From: an uncultured bacterium
GTDB lineage: Bacteria; Planctomycetota; UBA1135
Length of the DNA: 64,000 bases
NCBI GenBank assembly: GCA_937919925.1
Contig: CALFOT010000036.1
Location: 61,504 to 125,503, forward strand
Reading direction: 5' to 3'
Position numbers and translations under genes: made by a program. The notes beneath the pieces are model-generated. The model saw only the letters and a list, made by a program, of their open reading frames with translations. It did no database searches and was not told the origin of the DNA. Shown piece after piece: positions 52,629 through 60,475 of this stretch; within the stretch, counting starts at the first letter, position 1, and every line of letters starts with the position of its first letter.

Positions 52629-54599
52629 GTGGCGGGGCATCCAAATCCATCATTGGAAACCCTGAACAAAACCTACGACTTCTCACTGCCGGCTGTTTTA
52701 AACAAGTCCCGCAGCGAAGACATCCTTGACCTGTGGGAGCAGGTGCTTGAGCATGACGTACGTGAAGTCGATGGCAGCTCAGTGGCAAGCATCGATTCCT
52801 TTGGTTTAGCGTTGTTACTCGACGGCTTGCGGCGAGCACGCTTCGAAGAGAAACCCATCACGATTTGCAATCCTGCGCCACCGTTACGAGCGGTGCGCCG
52901 GGCCTTCAACCTGCATGACTTGATCGTGTTTCCAGACGGTTTCGAAGAGCCTGTCCAGGAAGCGGAACTTGGCATGCGGCTGGGCGAAGTGCTCATCCAG
53001 CTCGGCTATCTCAAGGTTGACAGTTTAGAACAAGCGATTGCGCGTGCTCAAGAGCGGCCAGATACTTACCTCGGTCAAGTTCTGGTCGAAGAAGGCCACA
53101 TTAGTGAAGAGCAACTGGCACGCGCCCTGGCCATGCAACACGGCATGCCATACGTGGATCCAGCCAACGAAGGCGTGCTCGATGTTTCGCTCGAATGTGA
53201 TGTGCCATTTGCGGAACTGCGGGTGCACGGCATCCTCCCCTATCTGCGCCTCGGCGATACTTTAGCCGTTTCGTTGAAAGATCCGGCTGACGTTTATGCA
53301 GCCGATGTGGTGCGTAAATACACCGGCCTCTCGGTCATCGCCACCGTCGCGACACCGTTAGCAATTAATGCTGGGCTCGACCACATTCAGCGCGCCATTG
53401 CCGCAAGTGGCGGCACCGGGGATGCAACCATTGATGAGGATGGCGTCAGTTCCGAAGAGCGCTTCAATAAAATTGTGGCCAACGCAATTATTGAAGGTGC
53501 CTCTGATATTCACATTGAACCGTTTACTGATTTTTACATTTTGCGCTACCGCGTAGACGGGCGTTTGCACGAAGTCACGCGCTTAAGTGTGCAGCTTGGT
53601 CACTCTTTAGTCGCGCGCATCAAAGTGACGGCGGGCTGTGACATCGCCGAAAAACGTCTGCCGCAGGATGGCCGCATTCACTATCAAGACCGCTCGCGCG
53701 ATGTCGACTTGCGCGTCAACACCTTGCCGACGGTGAACGGCGAGAAGGCGGTAATGCGTATTTTGGACCGCAACACTTCCGCCCTGGCGTTGAATATGCT
53801 TGGCTTGCATGGCACGAACGCAAAGTGGATTGAAGAAGCGATCCACCAGCCACACGGCATGGTTTTAGTCACCGGCCCAACGGGTTCCGGTAAAACAACT
53901 ACGCTTTACAGTGTGCTGGACGAGATTGTTAATCCCGAAACAAATGTTTCTACGGTTGAGAACCCAGTGGAACGTGCCGTTAAAGGGGTGAACCAGACGC
54001 AAATCAATCAAAAGGCCGGGCTTACCTTTGAGCTCTGTCTGCGAGCGTTGCTGCGTCAAGACCCTGACGTGATTATGATTGGCGAGATTCGAGACTTTGA
54101 AACTGCAGAAATCGCAGTAGAGGCGGCCCTCACCGGCCACCTAGTACTCGCCACATTGCACACCAACGATGCCCCTGGTGCCGCATCGCGTTTGATTCAA
54201 ATGGGTATGGAGCCGTTTCTGGTGGCTGCAACTTTACGTGCCGTGGTGGCACAGCGCCTCGTACGTAAACTGTGTGAAGCATGCAAAAAACCGGTCGACT
54301 ACCCAGCCGAAGTGTTTCGTGAGTACAGCAAATATGGCCTCCAGGAAGGCCCTCACTTTTCTTCTGCGGGTTGCCCTGCATGCCGTCAAACAGGATATGA
54401 TGGGCGCCGCGGAATTTTTGAAGTGATGAAAATCACCGACAACGTACAAGATTTAATCGCCACGAACCCCTCGTCGGCAGACCTGCGCAAACTGGCGCTA
54501 AATGAAGGAATGGACTCTCTTCTCTCGGACGGAATGGACCGCGTCAACCGTGGCATTACGACTTTGGAAGAAGCTCTACGCGCAGGAGGAAAATCATGA
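52629..54599 (+). CDS. GspE/PilB-family secretion ATPase with N-terminal STAS-like and MshEN-type domains
   Basis: Walker A GPTGSGKTTT, Asp box, Walker B DPDVIMIGEIRD, His box and the tetracysteine CEACK...CPACR. For the N-terminal extension see findings. Confidence 0.85.
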   Translation: MAGHPNPSLETLNKTYDFSLPAVLNKSRSEDILDLWEQVLEHDVREVDGSSVASIDSFGLALLLDGLRRARFEEKPITICNPAPPLRAVRRAFNLHDLIVFPDGFEEPVQEAELGMRLGEVLIQLGYLKVDSLEQAIARAQERPDTYLGQVLVEEGHISEEQLARALAMQHGMPYVDPANEGVLDVSLECDVPFAELRVHGILPYLRLGDTLAVSLKDPADVYAADVVRKYTGLSVIATVATPLAINAGLDHIQRAIAASGGTGDATIDEDGVSSEERFNKIVANAIIEGASDIHIEPFTDFYILRYRVDGRLHEVTRLSVQLGHSLVARIKVTAGCDIAEKRLPQDGRIHYQDRSRDVDLRVNTLPTVNGEKAVMRILDRNTSALALNMLGLHGTNAKWIEEAIHQPHGMVLVTGPTGSGKTTTLYSVLDEIVNPETNVSTVENPVERAVKGVNQTQINQKAGLTFELCLRALLRQDPDVIMIGEIRDFETAEIAVEAALTGHLVLATLHTNDAPGAASRLIQMGMEPFLVAATLRAVVAQRLVRKLCEACKKPVDYPAEVFREYSKYGLQEGPHFSSAGCPACRQTGYDGRRGIFEVMKITDNVQDLIATNPSSADLRKLALNEGMDSLLSDGMDRVNRGITTLEEALRAGGKS

Positions 54600-55765
54600 A
54601 TTTAACCGCCCTTAAAAAGAACAAGAAGAATGCCCAACAGGACGCGATGTCCTACGGCGGAACGGTTTCAAATGATGCTGACCAGCGCCGCAAGGATGGC
54701 GCCTCCTCGGTTGCTTCGGCCGACACGCGGATCAAACTGAAACCCAAGGAAACGCTACAGCTTCTCATCCAAATGGATGCTATGTTGACCGCTGGCGTGC
54801 CGTTACTTGCAGCTTTGCGCACCCTGATTGAGCATGCGCAAACCCCACCCACGGAGCGCGTATTGACTCGTTTGACTGCAATTGTGGAAGGTGGCCAAGA
54901 CCTCTCCTACGCTTTCAAATGTCTGCCCAACTGCTTCCCTTCCTACGTCGTTCACTTAACCGCCGCCGGCGAACAATCAGGTGCTCTCGACGAGGCTTTA
55001 CAGCGCTCGATCCAGCTGCTCGACAACTCCATCGTGTTGGGTGGAAAAATCAAAGGTGCGTTGATGTACCCGGGCTTCTTGATGTTCATGACTTTTGTGA
55101 TGACCACCGGCATTCTTTACTTCTTAGTGCCGAAATTCGAAAGCCTGATGATGAAGAAGCCAGAGTTACTACCGTGGACCACCAAGCTGGTCTTGGGTGC
55201 CTCGCAAACTTTGCGTGCCCAACCGGCACTGGTGTTTGGAATCTTTACGGTGATTTTTGTTGCGGTTGTGTTCTTAGTCAAATCAAAAAGAGCACGGGGA
55301 ACCTTGTTCGATATCGTCAGCCACGTACCAGTGTTAGGTGACTTGATTTTCAAAGCTTATCTGTCGCGCTCTGTAGGTACTTTGGCGCTGACGCTGGAAT
55401 CCGGCGTACCGATTTTGACTGGCCTCGATCACGCTCGCCAAGTCTCCGAACTGCCGCGCTTGCAGGCTCTCTGGGTACAAACTGCTGAAATCGTCCGCGA
55501 TGGTAAGCCCATGTTCACCGCCATGGCGGGTGAAGATCTACCCCCGGCATTGATCCAAATGATTATTGCCGGTGAGTCTTCCGGAACGCTAGATACCAGT
55601 TTGCGTCGAGCTGCCGAGTTCCTCGACCGCGAAACGCAAGCTGCACTCAACGCATTTACTAGTCTGCTCGGCCCGGCCACGGTAGTGATTGCCGGTGGCG
55701 TGGTTGGCTTCATTGTCATCGCTCTGATGACCCCGATCCTCACGATGGCCAAATACGTCGGATAA
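54596..55765 (+). CDS. GspF/PilC-family platform protein
   Basis: 389 aa with two T2SSF repeats and 3 TM helices. There is a 4-nt overlap with the ATPase gene. Confidence 0.8.
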   Translation: MNLTALKKNKKNAQQDAMSYGGTVSNDADQRRKDGASSVASADTRIKLKPKETLQLLIQMDAMLTAGVPLLAALRTLIEHAQTPPTERVLTRLTAIVEGGQDLSYAFKCLPNCFPSYVVHLTAAGEQSGALDEALQRSIQLLDNSIVLGGKIKGALMYPGFLMFMTFVMTTGILYFLVPKFESLMMKKPELLPWTTKLVLGASQTLRAQPALVFGIFTVIFVAVVFLVKSKRARGTLFDIVSHVPVLGDLIFKAYLSRSVGTLALTLESGVPILTGLDHARQVSELPRLQALWVQTAEIVRDGKPMFTAMAGEDLPPALIQMIIAGESSGTLDTSLRRAAEFLDRETQAALNAFTSLLGPATVVIAGGVVGFIVIALMTPILTMAKYVG

Positions 55766-55768
55766 ATC

Positions 55769-56191
55769 ATGAAGAATAAATCTAAGAACGGCTTCACGCT
55801 CATTGAGGTTGCCATCGCAGTGGTACTCATCGTGATTGTCGGTACCTCAGCTATTACGGCACTGCGGGTTGGCATGAAAACGGTCAGCGGCACGCAGACC
55901 ACCGCCATCGCGGCCTCCGCGATTCGCGAATTCCGTGAGTTCACTTTCCAGTACACCATTGAGGAAATCGATGCCCTCAACGGCACCACTCACGCAGCTG
56001 TTTTGGGAGACGGCAGCTTGATGCCCAACACCGAAGATTTGCTGTTGCAACTCGCCGTCTCGCCGGTGGATGATTTCAATCCAGGCGTAGTGGTGAACCC
56101 CGCCGATTCCCGGACCCGGGTCGTGACTCTCGCTGTGGTCCAAGACGATGTCCAACTTATGGAGGCGGTATGGCTAGTAGCAGAACACTAG
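55769..56191 (+). CDS. Minor pseudopilin (GspI-like size)
   Basis: KN-G/FTLIEVAIAVVLIVIV prepilin motif. Length 140 aa. Confidence 0.7.
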   Translation: MKNKSKNGFTLIEVAIAVVLIVIVGTSAITALRVGMKTVSGTQTTAIAASAIREFREFTFQYTIEEIDALNGTTHAAVLGDGSLMPNTEDLLLQLAVSPVDDFNPGVVVNPADSRTRVVTLAVVQDDVQLMEAVWLVAEH

Positions 56192-56646
56192 AGCGTGGCT
56201 TTTCCCTGATTGAAGTGGTGATGGTTGCTGCCATCGCCCTGATTCTGTTTGCCATGGCTGTGCCTGCTGTGCAGAACAACGACGCTGCCGGTGCGGTTGC
56301 ACGCAGCATTGTTTCTGATGCCGTGCGCGCACGCTCCTACTCACGCCGCACTTGGGAATCCGTGACGATGCAGGTTGATTCTAACCATGCGCGCTGGCGT
56401 ACTTTGCGCGAAAACGGTGTACCGCTCAGCACCGTTGGCGGCGATGCCTTCGGCTGGCGCTATTTGCCACCTGGCGTGGAGTTTCGAACCATCGAAGGCA
56501 TGCCAAGTGACTTGGTCTTTTTCCCTAACGGACGCGCGTCCCAATCTGCCGCGGTTCATGTGGTGTTTGGCAACAATGTTTGGTTGCTAGGCGTCGATTC
56601 CATCAGTGCACGCATTCGTGCCGAGCCCGTCTCCATTCCGGAGTAG
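56170..56646 (+). CDS. Minor pseudopilin (GspH/FimT-like)
   Basis: ER-G/FSLIEVVMVAAIALILFAMAVP prepilin motif. Length 158 aa. Confidence 0.7.
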   Translation: MASSRTLERGFSLIEVVMVAAIALILFAMAVPAVQNNDAAGAVARSIVSDAVRARSYSRRTWESVTMQVDSNHARWRTLRENGVPLSTVGGDAFGWRYLPPGVEFRTIEGMPSDLVFFPNGRASQSAAVHVVFGNNVWLLGVDSISARIRAEPVSIPE

Positions 56647-56649
56647 ATT

Positions 56650-57198
56650 ATGAGAATTCACATCCAGCGAAAGAATCTAGGTTTCACCTTGGTGGAAATC
56701 ATGATTGCAACCACCATTGCCATGGTGCTGCTATTCGGCGCGCTTTACTCCACCAGTGAAACACTCAACGTGGTGCGTGAAGGCGACGCCGTCGTCCATA
56801 CCGATGTACACGCGCGCCGGGCGCTTGATCGGGTACTGAAAGATTTTCGCTACTCCGCAGCGCTGGAAGTTACCGGGGATGCCGTCACCGGCTGGAACAT
56901 TGAAGTGACCACCACTGGCACTTTGGACCCGGGCGTGATTACTTACGCTTGGACTCCCGCAACGAAAAAGCTGATGGTTACCGGCCTCAGCGGAGTCGAA
57001 ATGGTTCTGAATGATTTGCGCAGCTTCGATCTCACCACCCTCACCGACGTCATCGATGGCGTGACCGTCATCACCCGTGTGTCGATGACTTGGGTGCTCG
57101 GAATCACTTCCGGGAGTGAAGCGGGCGCGGAAGCCATCAATGCAGAACGCTCCCTCACCCTTGGGGGAGCCACTTGGGTGCGCCGCAATGACACCTAG
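56650..57198 (+). CDS. Minor pseudopilin (GspJ/PulJ-like)
   Basis: NL-G/FTLVEIMIATTIAMVLLFG prepilin motif. Length 182 aa. Confidence 0.7.
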   Translation: MRIHIQRKNLGFTLVEIMIATTIAMVLLFGALYSTSETLNVVREGDAVVHTDVHARRALDRVLKDFRYSAALEVTGDAVTGWNIEVTTTGTLDPGVITYAWTPATKKLMVTGLSGVEMVLNDLRSFDLTTLTDVIDGVTVITRVSMTWVLGITSGSEAGAEAINAERSLTLGGATWVRRNDT

Positions 57199-57232
57199 TT
57201 GCTAGGGATTGATGTGGGGCGAAAATCCTCAC

Positions 57233-57304
57233 GGAAACACTAACCACATTGCGATTGGGGTGTTTCCTTCCCTGCCGCAGTCCTTCGGGGCTGCGGTTTT
57301 TTTT
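57233..57304 (+). terminator. Two tandem hairpins. The second is a strong intrinsic terminator (possible attenuator) immediately upstream of the GspK-like gene.
   Basis: Hairpin 1 is GGAAACAC (57233-40) / GTGTTTCC (57260-67). Hairpin 2 is CCGCAGTCC-TTCG-GGGCTGCGG (57275-96), followed by T8 (57297-304). The next start codon is at 57345. Confidence 0.65.
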
Positions 57305-57344
57305 ATTCAGTCGCCGCCTCAGCATCCGCAAAGGACTTAGAGAA

Positions 57345-59141
57345 ATGAAAAATTTCACCAATAATATGGCGCACCAAGAGCGCGGCACAGTGCTGATTCT
57401 GGTACTGATTATTACCAGTCTGCTGGCGACTGCGGCTTGGAGCTACACCGATGAGGTGGATAGCCTTGTCGACAACACGCGTGATGAAGGCGGTGCTTTA
57501 CGCGCCCAATTTGCGGCCGAATCCGGTATGGAATATGCACAACGCAGGCTCACGATTGATCCCTATTGGTCTGGTACGGGCCAAGGTGGATTTACTCTTC
57601 CGGATGGAATCACCAATTTCGTGATTACCACGGGGATTGACCCCAATTGGGTCGATGAGGACAAAGACGGTCACGATGACGAAATCGAGGGCGGAGGTGA
57701 AGGCGGAGGCGAAGGCAGTTCGCCACCGTGTGAAGAGGATCTCGACCACAACGGCTGTGAAGGTGATGAAGACGAACACCAGCATGGCCACGACCACGAT
57801 TGTGAAGACGACGAAGATGACGGTTACGGTGGCGGCCATAGCCTTGGCGATCACAGTGATTGTGACCACCGCGGCGAGCATGATGATGACCACGATGGTT
57901 GCGACCACGATGGTGATGAAGCCAACCACGACGACGACGACTGCGATCACGATCACGACAGTGATGGTCGATGCGATCACGATGGCCACCACCGCGACCA
58001 CGACGGTGATTGTGACCACGACGAAGATGACGACGATGATTGTGGTCACGACCACGACTTAGACGGCAGCTGCGATCACGAAGGTAATCACGATGCGGAT
58101 GACGAAGATCCGGATGACGATTGTGACCACGATGATGATGGTGCAGACGACTGCAGCCATGACCATGACGGCGATGGCCTTTGTGACCACGCTCACGACG
58201 GTGACGGCGATTTCCACGATGGCGACGTCAGCGACAACCAAGTCAACCTCATTCGCGTACTCGGCACCGCCGGGGAAGCACGGGCGCAGCTAGGCGCAGC
58301 CGTGAAGGTTTACCCTGGCGAAAGCGGTACTTCGGATATGGCGCTGATTTTCCTCGGCAAAAACTACCACATGCTGCGAAGCACCGTCATTGGCGATGCC
58401 CTGTTTACGGACATGGAAAACAAAGTGAATGACTGGGTATTTGATGCCTACGGTATCGGCCACTACGTGCAGGGCGGGTCCATCCACGATGGCGTCACCA
58501 ACCTCGTACAAAGTGCTGTAGATGGCACGCTGTACAAGTTCCGTGATGATCGCGCCTACCAGGATTTGGGCGAGGAACGCGTCATCGTTGATAACGCCGT
58601 TGCTCCGGCTTACGATCTTTCCGGCTTCTTGGTTCCAGGCCCTGGCAAAACCATTTACACCGGCATTTCCAGTCTTGAGGGTGTGCACCTGGACGATACT
58701 GCAGTGTTCATTCTTGACCCAGGCGTCAAGCTAACGCTGACGAGCTGTAACTTCCGCGGCGGCATGGTGGTCTACTGTCCCACCACTTACAAACTGCGAG
58801 ATGGTTACCGCAACCAGGTTTACCTGAAGGGTGGTACGAGCATCGGTGGCGGCCACGAGGGTGCAGAATCGAACCTAGGTTTGCTCGCTCCTGCAGTCAA
58901 ACTCACCAGCGCGCCCAATAGCGGCTATGGGATCACTGGCTTCACCTACGTCAATGAAGTAGGGGCCATGAAAGATACTTTCTTCCACGGACAGTTGGTG
59001 GTGTTGAATCAGGTCAGCAACCTTAAAGATTCGTTGATCATCTACGATGAGGCCATCGCCATGGCACCGCCACAGAGCGTTGGTTTTGGCACCACCATCG
59101 GTAGCACCGACATCATCTCGGTCTACGAAGACTTCGACTAG
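57345..59141 (+). CDS. GspK/PilX-like tip pseudopilin with an Asp/His/Cys-rich repeat insertion
   Basis: MKNFTNNMAHQERGTVLILVLIITSLLATAAW is a GspK/PilX_N-type N-terminus. The gene is last in the minor-pseudopilin row, and codon use is consistent. The ORF-track start at 57249 would include the terminator. Confidence 0.65.
   Translation: MKNFTNNMAHQERGTVLILVLIITSLLATAAWSYTDEVDSLVDNTRDEGGALRAQFAAESGMEYAQRRLTIDPYWSGTGQGGFTLPDGITNFVITTGIDPNWVDEDKDGHDDEIEGGGEGGGEGSSPPCEEDLDHNGCEGDEDEHQHGHDHDCEDDEDDGYGGGHSLGDHSDCDHRGEHDDDHDGCDHDGDEANHDDDDCDHDHDSDGRCDHDGHHRDHDGDCDHDEDDDDDCGHDHDLDGSCDHEGNHDADDEDPDDDCDHDDDGADDCSHDHDGDGLCDHAHDGDGDFHDGDVSDNQVNLIRVLGTAGEARAQLGAAVKVYPGESGTSDMALIFLGKNYHMLRSTVIGDALFTDMENKVNDWVFDAYGIGHYVQGGSIHDGVTNLVQSAVDGTLYKFRDDRAYQDLGEERVIVDNAVAPAYDLSGFLVPGPGKTIYTGISSLEGVHLDDTAVFILDPGVKLTLTSCNFRGGMVVYCPTTYKLRDGYRNQVYLKGGTSIGGGHEGAESNLGLLAPAVKLTSAPNSGYGITGFTYVNEVGAMKDTFFHGQLVVLNQVSNLKDSLIIYDEAIAMAPPQSVGFGTTIGSTDIISVYEDFD
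57654..58235 (+). repeat. Degenerate coding repeat array encoding the Asp/His/Cys-rich module
   Basis: About 11 units of C-[DGS]-H-[DE]-x-D-x-D-G-x (CDHDHDSDGR, CDHDGHHRDHDGD, CDHDEDDDDD, CGHDHDLDGS, CDHDDDGADD, CSHDHDGDGL and others). The DNA is dominated by GAC/GAT/CAC/TGT/TGC codons. Confidence 0.85.
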
Positions 59142-59157
59142 AGCCTTCTGTTCGCTA

Positions 59158-59197
59158 AACAGCGGCCTCCCTACGCGGGGAGGCCGCTGTTTTCTTA
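59158..59197 (+). terminator. Rho-independent terminator ending the secretion/pilus cluster
   Basis: AACAGCGGCCTCC-CTACGC-GGGGAGGCCGCTGTT followed by TTTCTT. Confidence 0.75.
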
Positions 59198-59207
59198 CAA
59201 TCCGCGA

Positions 59208-60470
59208 ATGGCCACTCGTAAAGACCCTAAGCAGCGCCACGGCTGCCAGCAATCCGGCGCCGGTTTGCGGCACCGCCCAGTGACCGAATCGAAGCACCTC
59301 GATCACCTTTTTGAGAGCAGCTTCCCGTCGTTCGGTGGCGCGTTTTTGCGCCGCATCTGGACCCTACTCGATGAAGCCATCGGCATGGGCCTACCGATGA
59401 CCATGTCTGTTTCGGGCCCCGTCACCGCCAGCGGCCAGCACTACGCATGGCTCAATCCGCTGCTCGACACCGGGTGGTTTGCTTATCTTTCCGTCACCGA
59501 TGCCATCTGTTATCACGATGCGCACCGCGCGCTCGAGTCGGTGTCCGAAAGCGACTTCACCGAAGTACCAATTTTTGGCGACGACGGCCAACTGCGTGAT
59601 GAAGAAATCATTCGCATCACCGACATCGGTTTCCCCGAAGGTGTGCTGCTCGATACGGATCGTTACCTGTGCCGCTTGTTGCGGTTGCCAGAATTTCAGC
59701 GCCGCATGACTGGCCCGGAGTTCCGCAACTTACTGGGTGCTCACTTCGCCGCTGCCGAACAAGCATGCGGTGCGCAAGAAGGTTTGATGGCCTTGTGCCA
59801 GCGCAAATCCATTCCTGTGTTTGTCGGCGCCCCCGCCGATGGCTCGGTGTTTTTAAATTCCACTCTGCTGTGGGCCCTCGCCCAAACCGGCGGAGATGCG
59901 TATGCCTTCGAGCTCGACTTGCACGGCGAGGTCATGGAATCCTGCGCCTACCACCACTGGGGTTTGTTCGAATCCGCTGCGCAGAATCTCGGCACCGTCA
60001 TCCTCGGCGGCGGCGTCCCGAAAAACTTCAGCCTGCAACCCGAACCAGCGCTCAGCCAAATTTTTGGTTTCGACGACATTCGCGGTTACTTGTACGACAT
60101 CCAAATTACCACTGCACCGGTCACCGATGGTTCGCTCTCAAGCTGTCCACCGGCGGAAGCCGTGACTTGGGGCAAAGTGGATAAAGAAAACTACCGCCAA
60201 ACCACCGAGAGTTTTACCTGCGATTACTCCATCGTGATGCCGCTCCTCACCAAGGCGCTGCTGGATAAACGCGCGCGTTTGCAGCGTTTGCAGCAAGAAC
60301 TCGGCATGGAAACCCTGCTCGAACGTCATCCAGAAGCCGCGGGTTATCTGCGCCCTACCGACGGCTTCCGCCTGTTTGATCAGCGCGCCACCTTGCTGGC
60401 TACCTTGATGAGCAAAGTGCGCGATAATGCCGCCCGTCTGCGCGCCGACTCCGGCCTGTCCCCCGCCTGA
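59208..60470 (+). CDS. Deoxyhypusine synthase-like (DHS/homospermidine synthase family) protein
   Basis: 420 aa. LGGGVPKNF and the SVSGPVTASG...SVTDAICYHD layout resemble the bacterial DHS-like family. This is recognition by motif only. Confidence 0.55.
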   Translation: MATRKDPKQRHGCQQSGAGLRHRPVTESKHLDHLFESSFPSFGGAFLRRIWTLLDEAIGMGLPMTMSVSGPVTASGQHYAWLNPLLDTGWFAYLSVTDAICYHDAHRALESVSESDFTEVPIFGDDGQLRDEEIIRITDIGFPEGVLLDTDRYLCRLLRLPEFQRRMTGPEFRNLLGAHFAAAEQACGAQEGLMALCQRKSIPVFVGAPADGSVFLNSTLLWALAQTGGDAYAFELDLHGEVMESCAYHHWGLFESAAQNLGTVILGGGVPKNFSLQPEPALSQIFGFDDIRGYLYDIQITTAPVTDGSLSSCPPAEAVTWGKVDKENYRQTTESFTCDYSIVMPLLTKALLDKRARLQRLQQELGMETLLERHPEAAGYLRPTDGFRLFDQRATLLATLMSKVRDNAARLRADSGLSPA

Positions 60471-60475
60471 GCCCC

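Noticed and set aside
57498-58241. Long Val/Thr/Ile/Met-rich ORFs in other frames and on the opposite strand (57498-58055 minus, 57637-58062 plus, 58059-58241 minus, 58093-58293 plus) that look like exotic hydrophobic repeat proteins
   Set aside because: They are frame-shadow products of the GAC/GAT/CAC/TGC codon repeats of the Asp/His/Cys module. They have no start context or flanking signals. Only the D/H/C frame is continuous with the pseudopilin N- and C-terminal domains.
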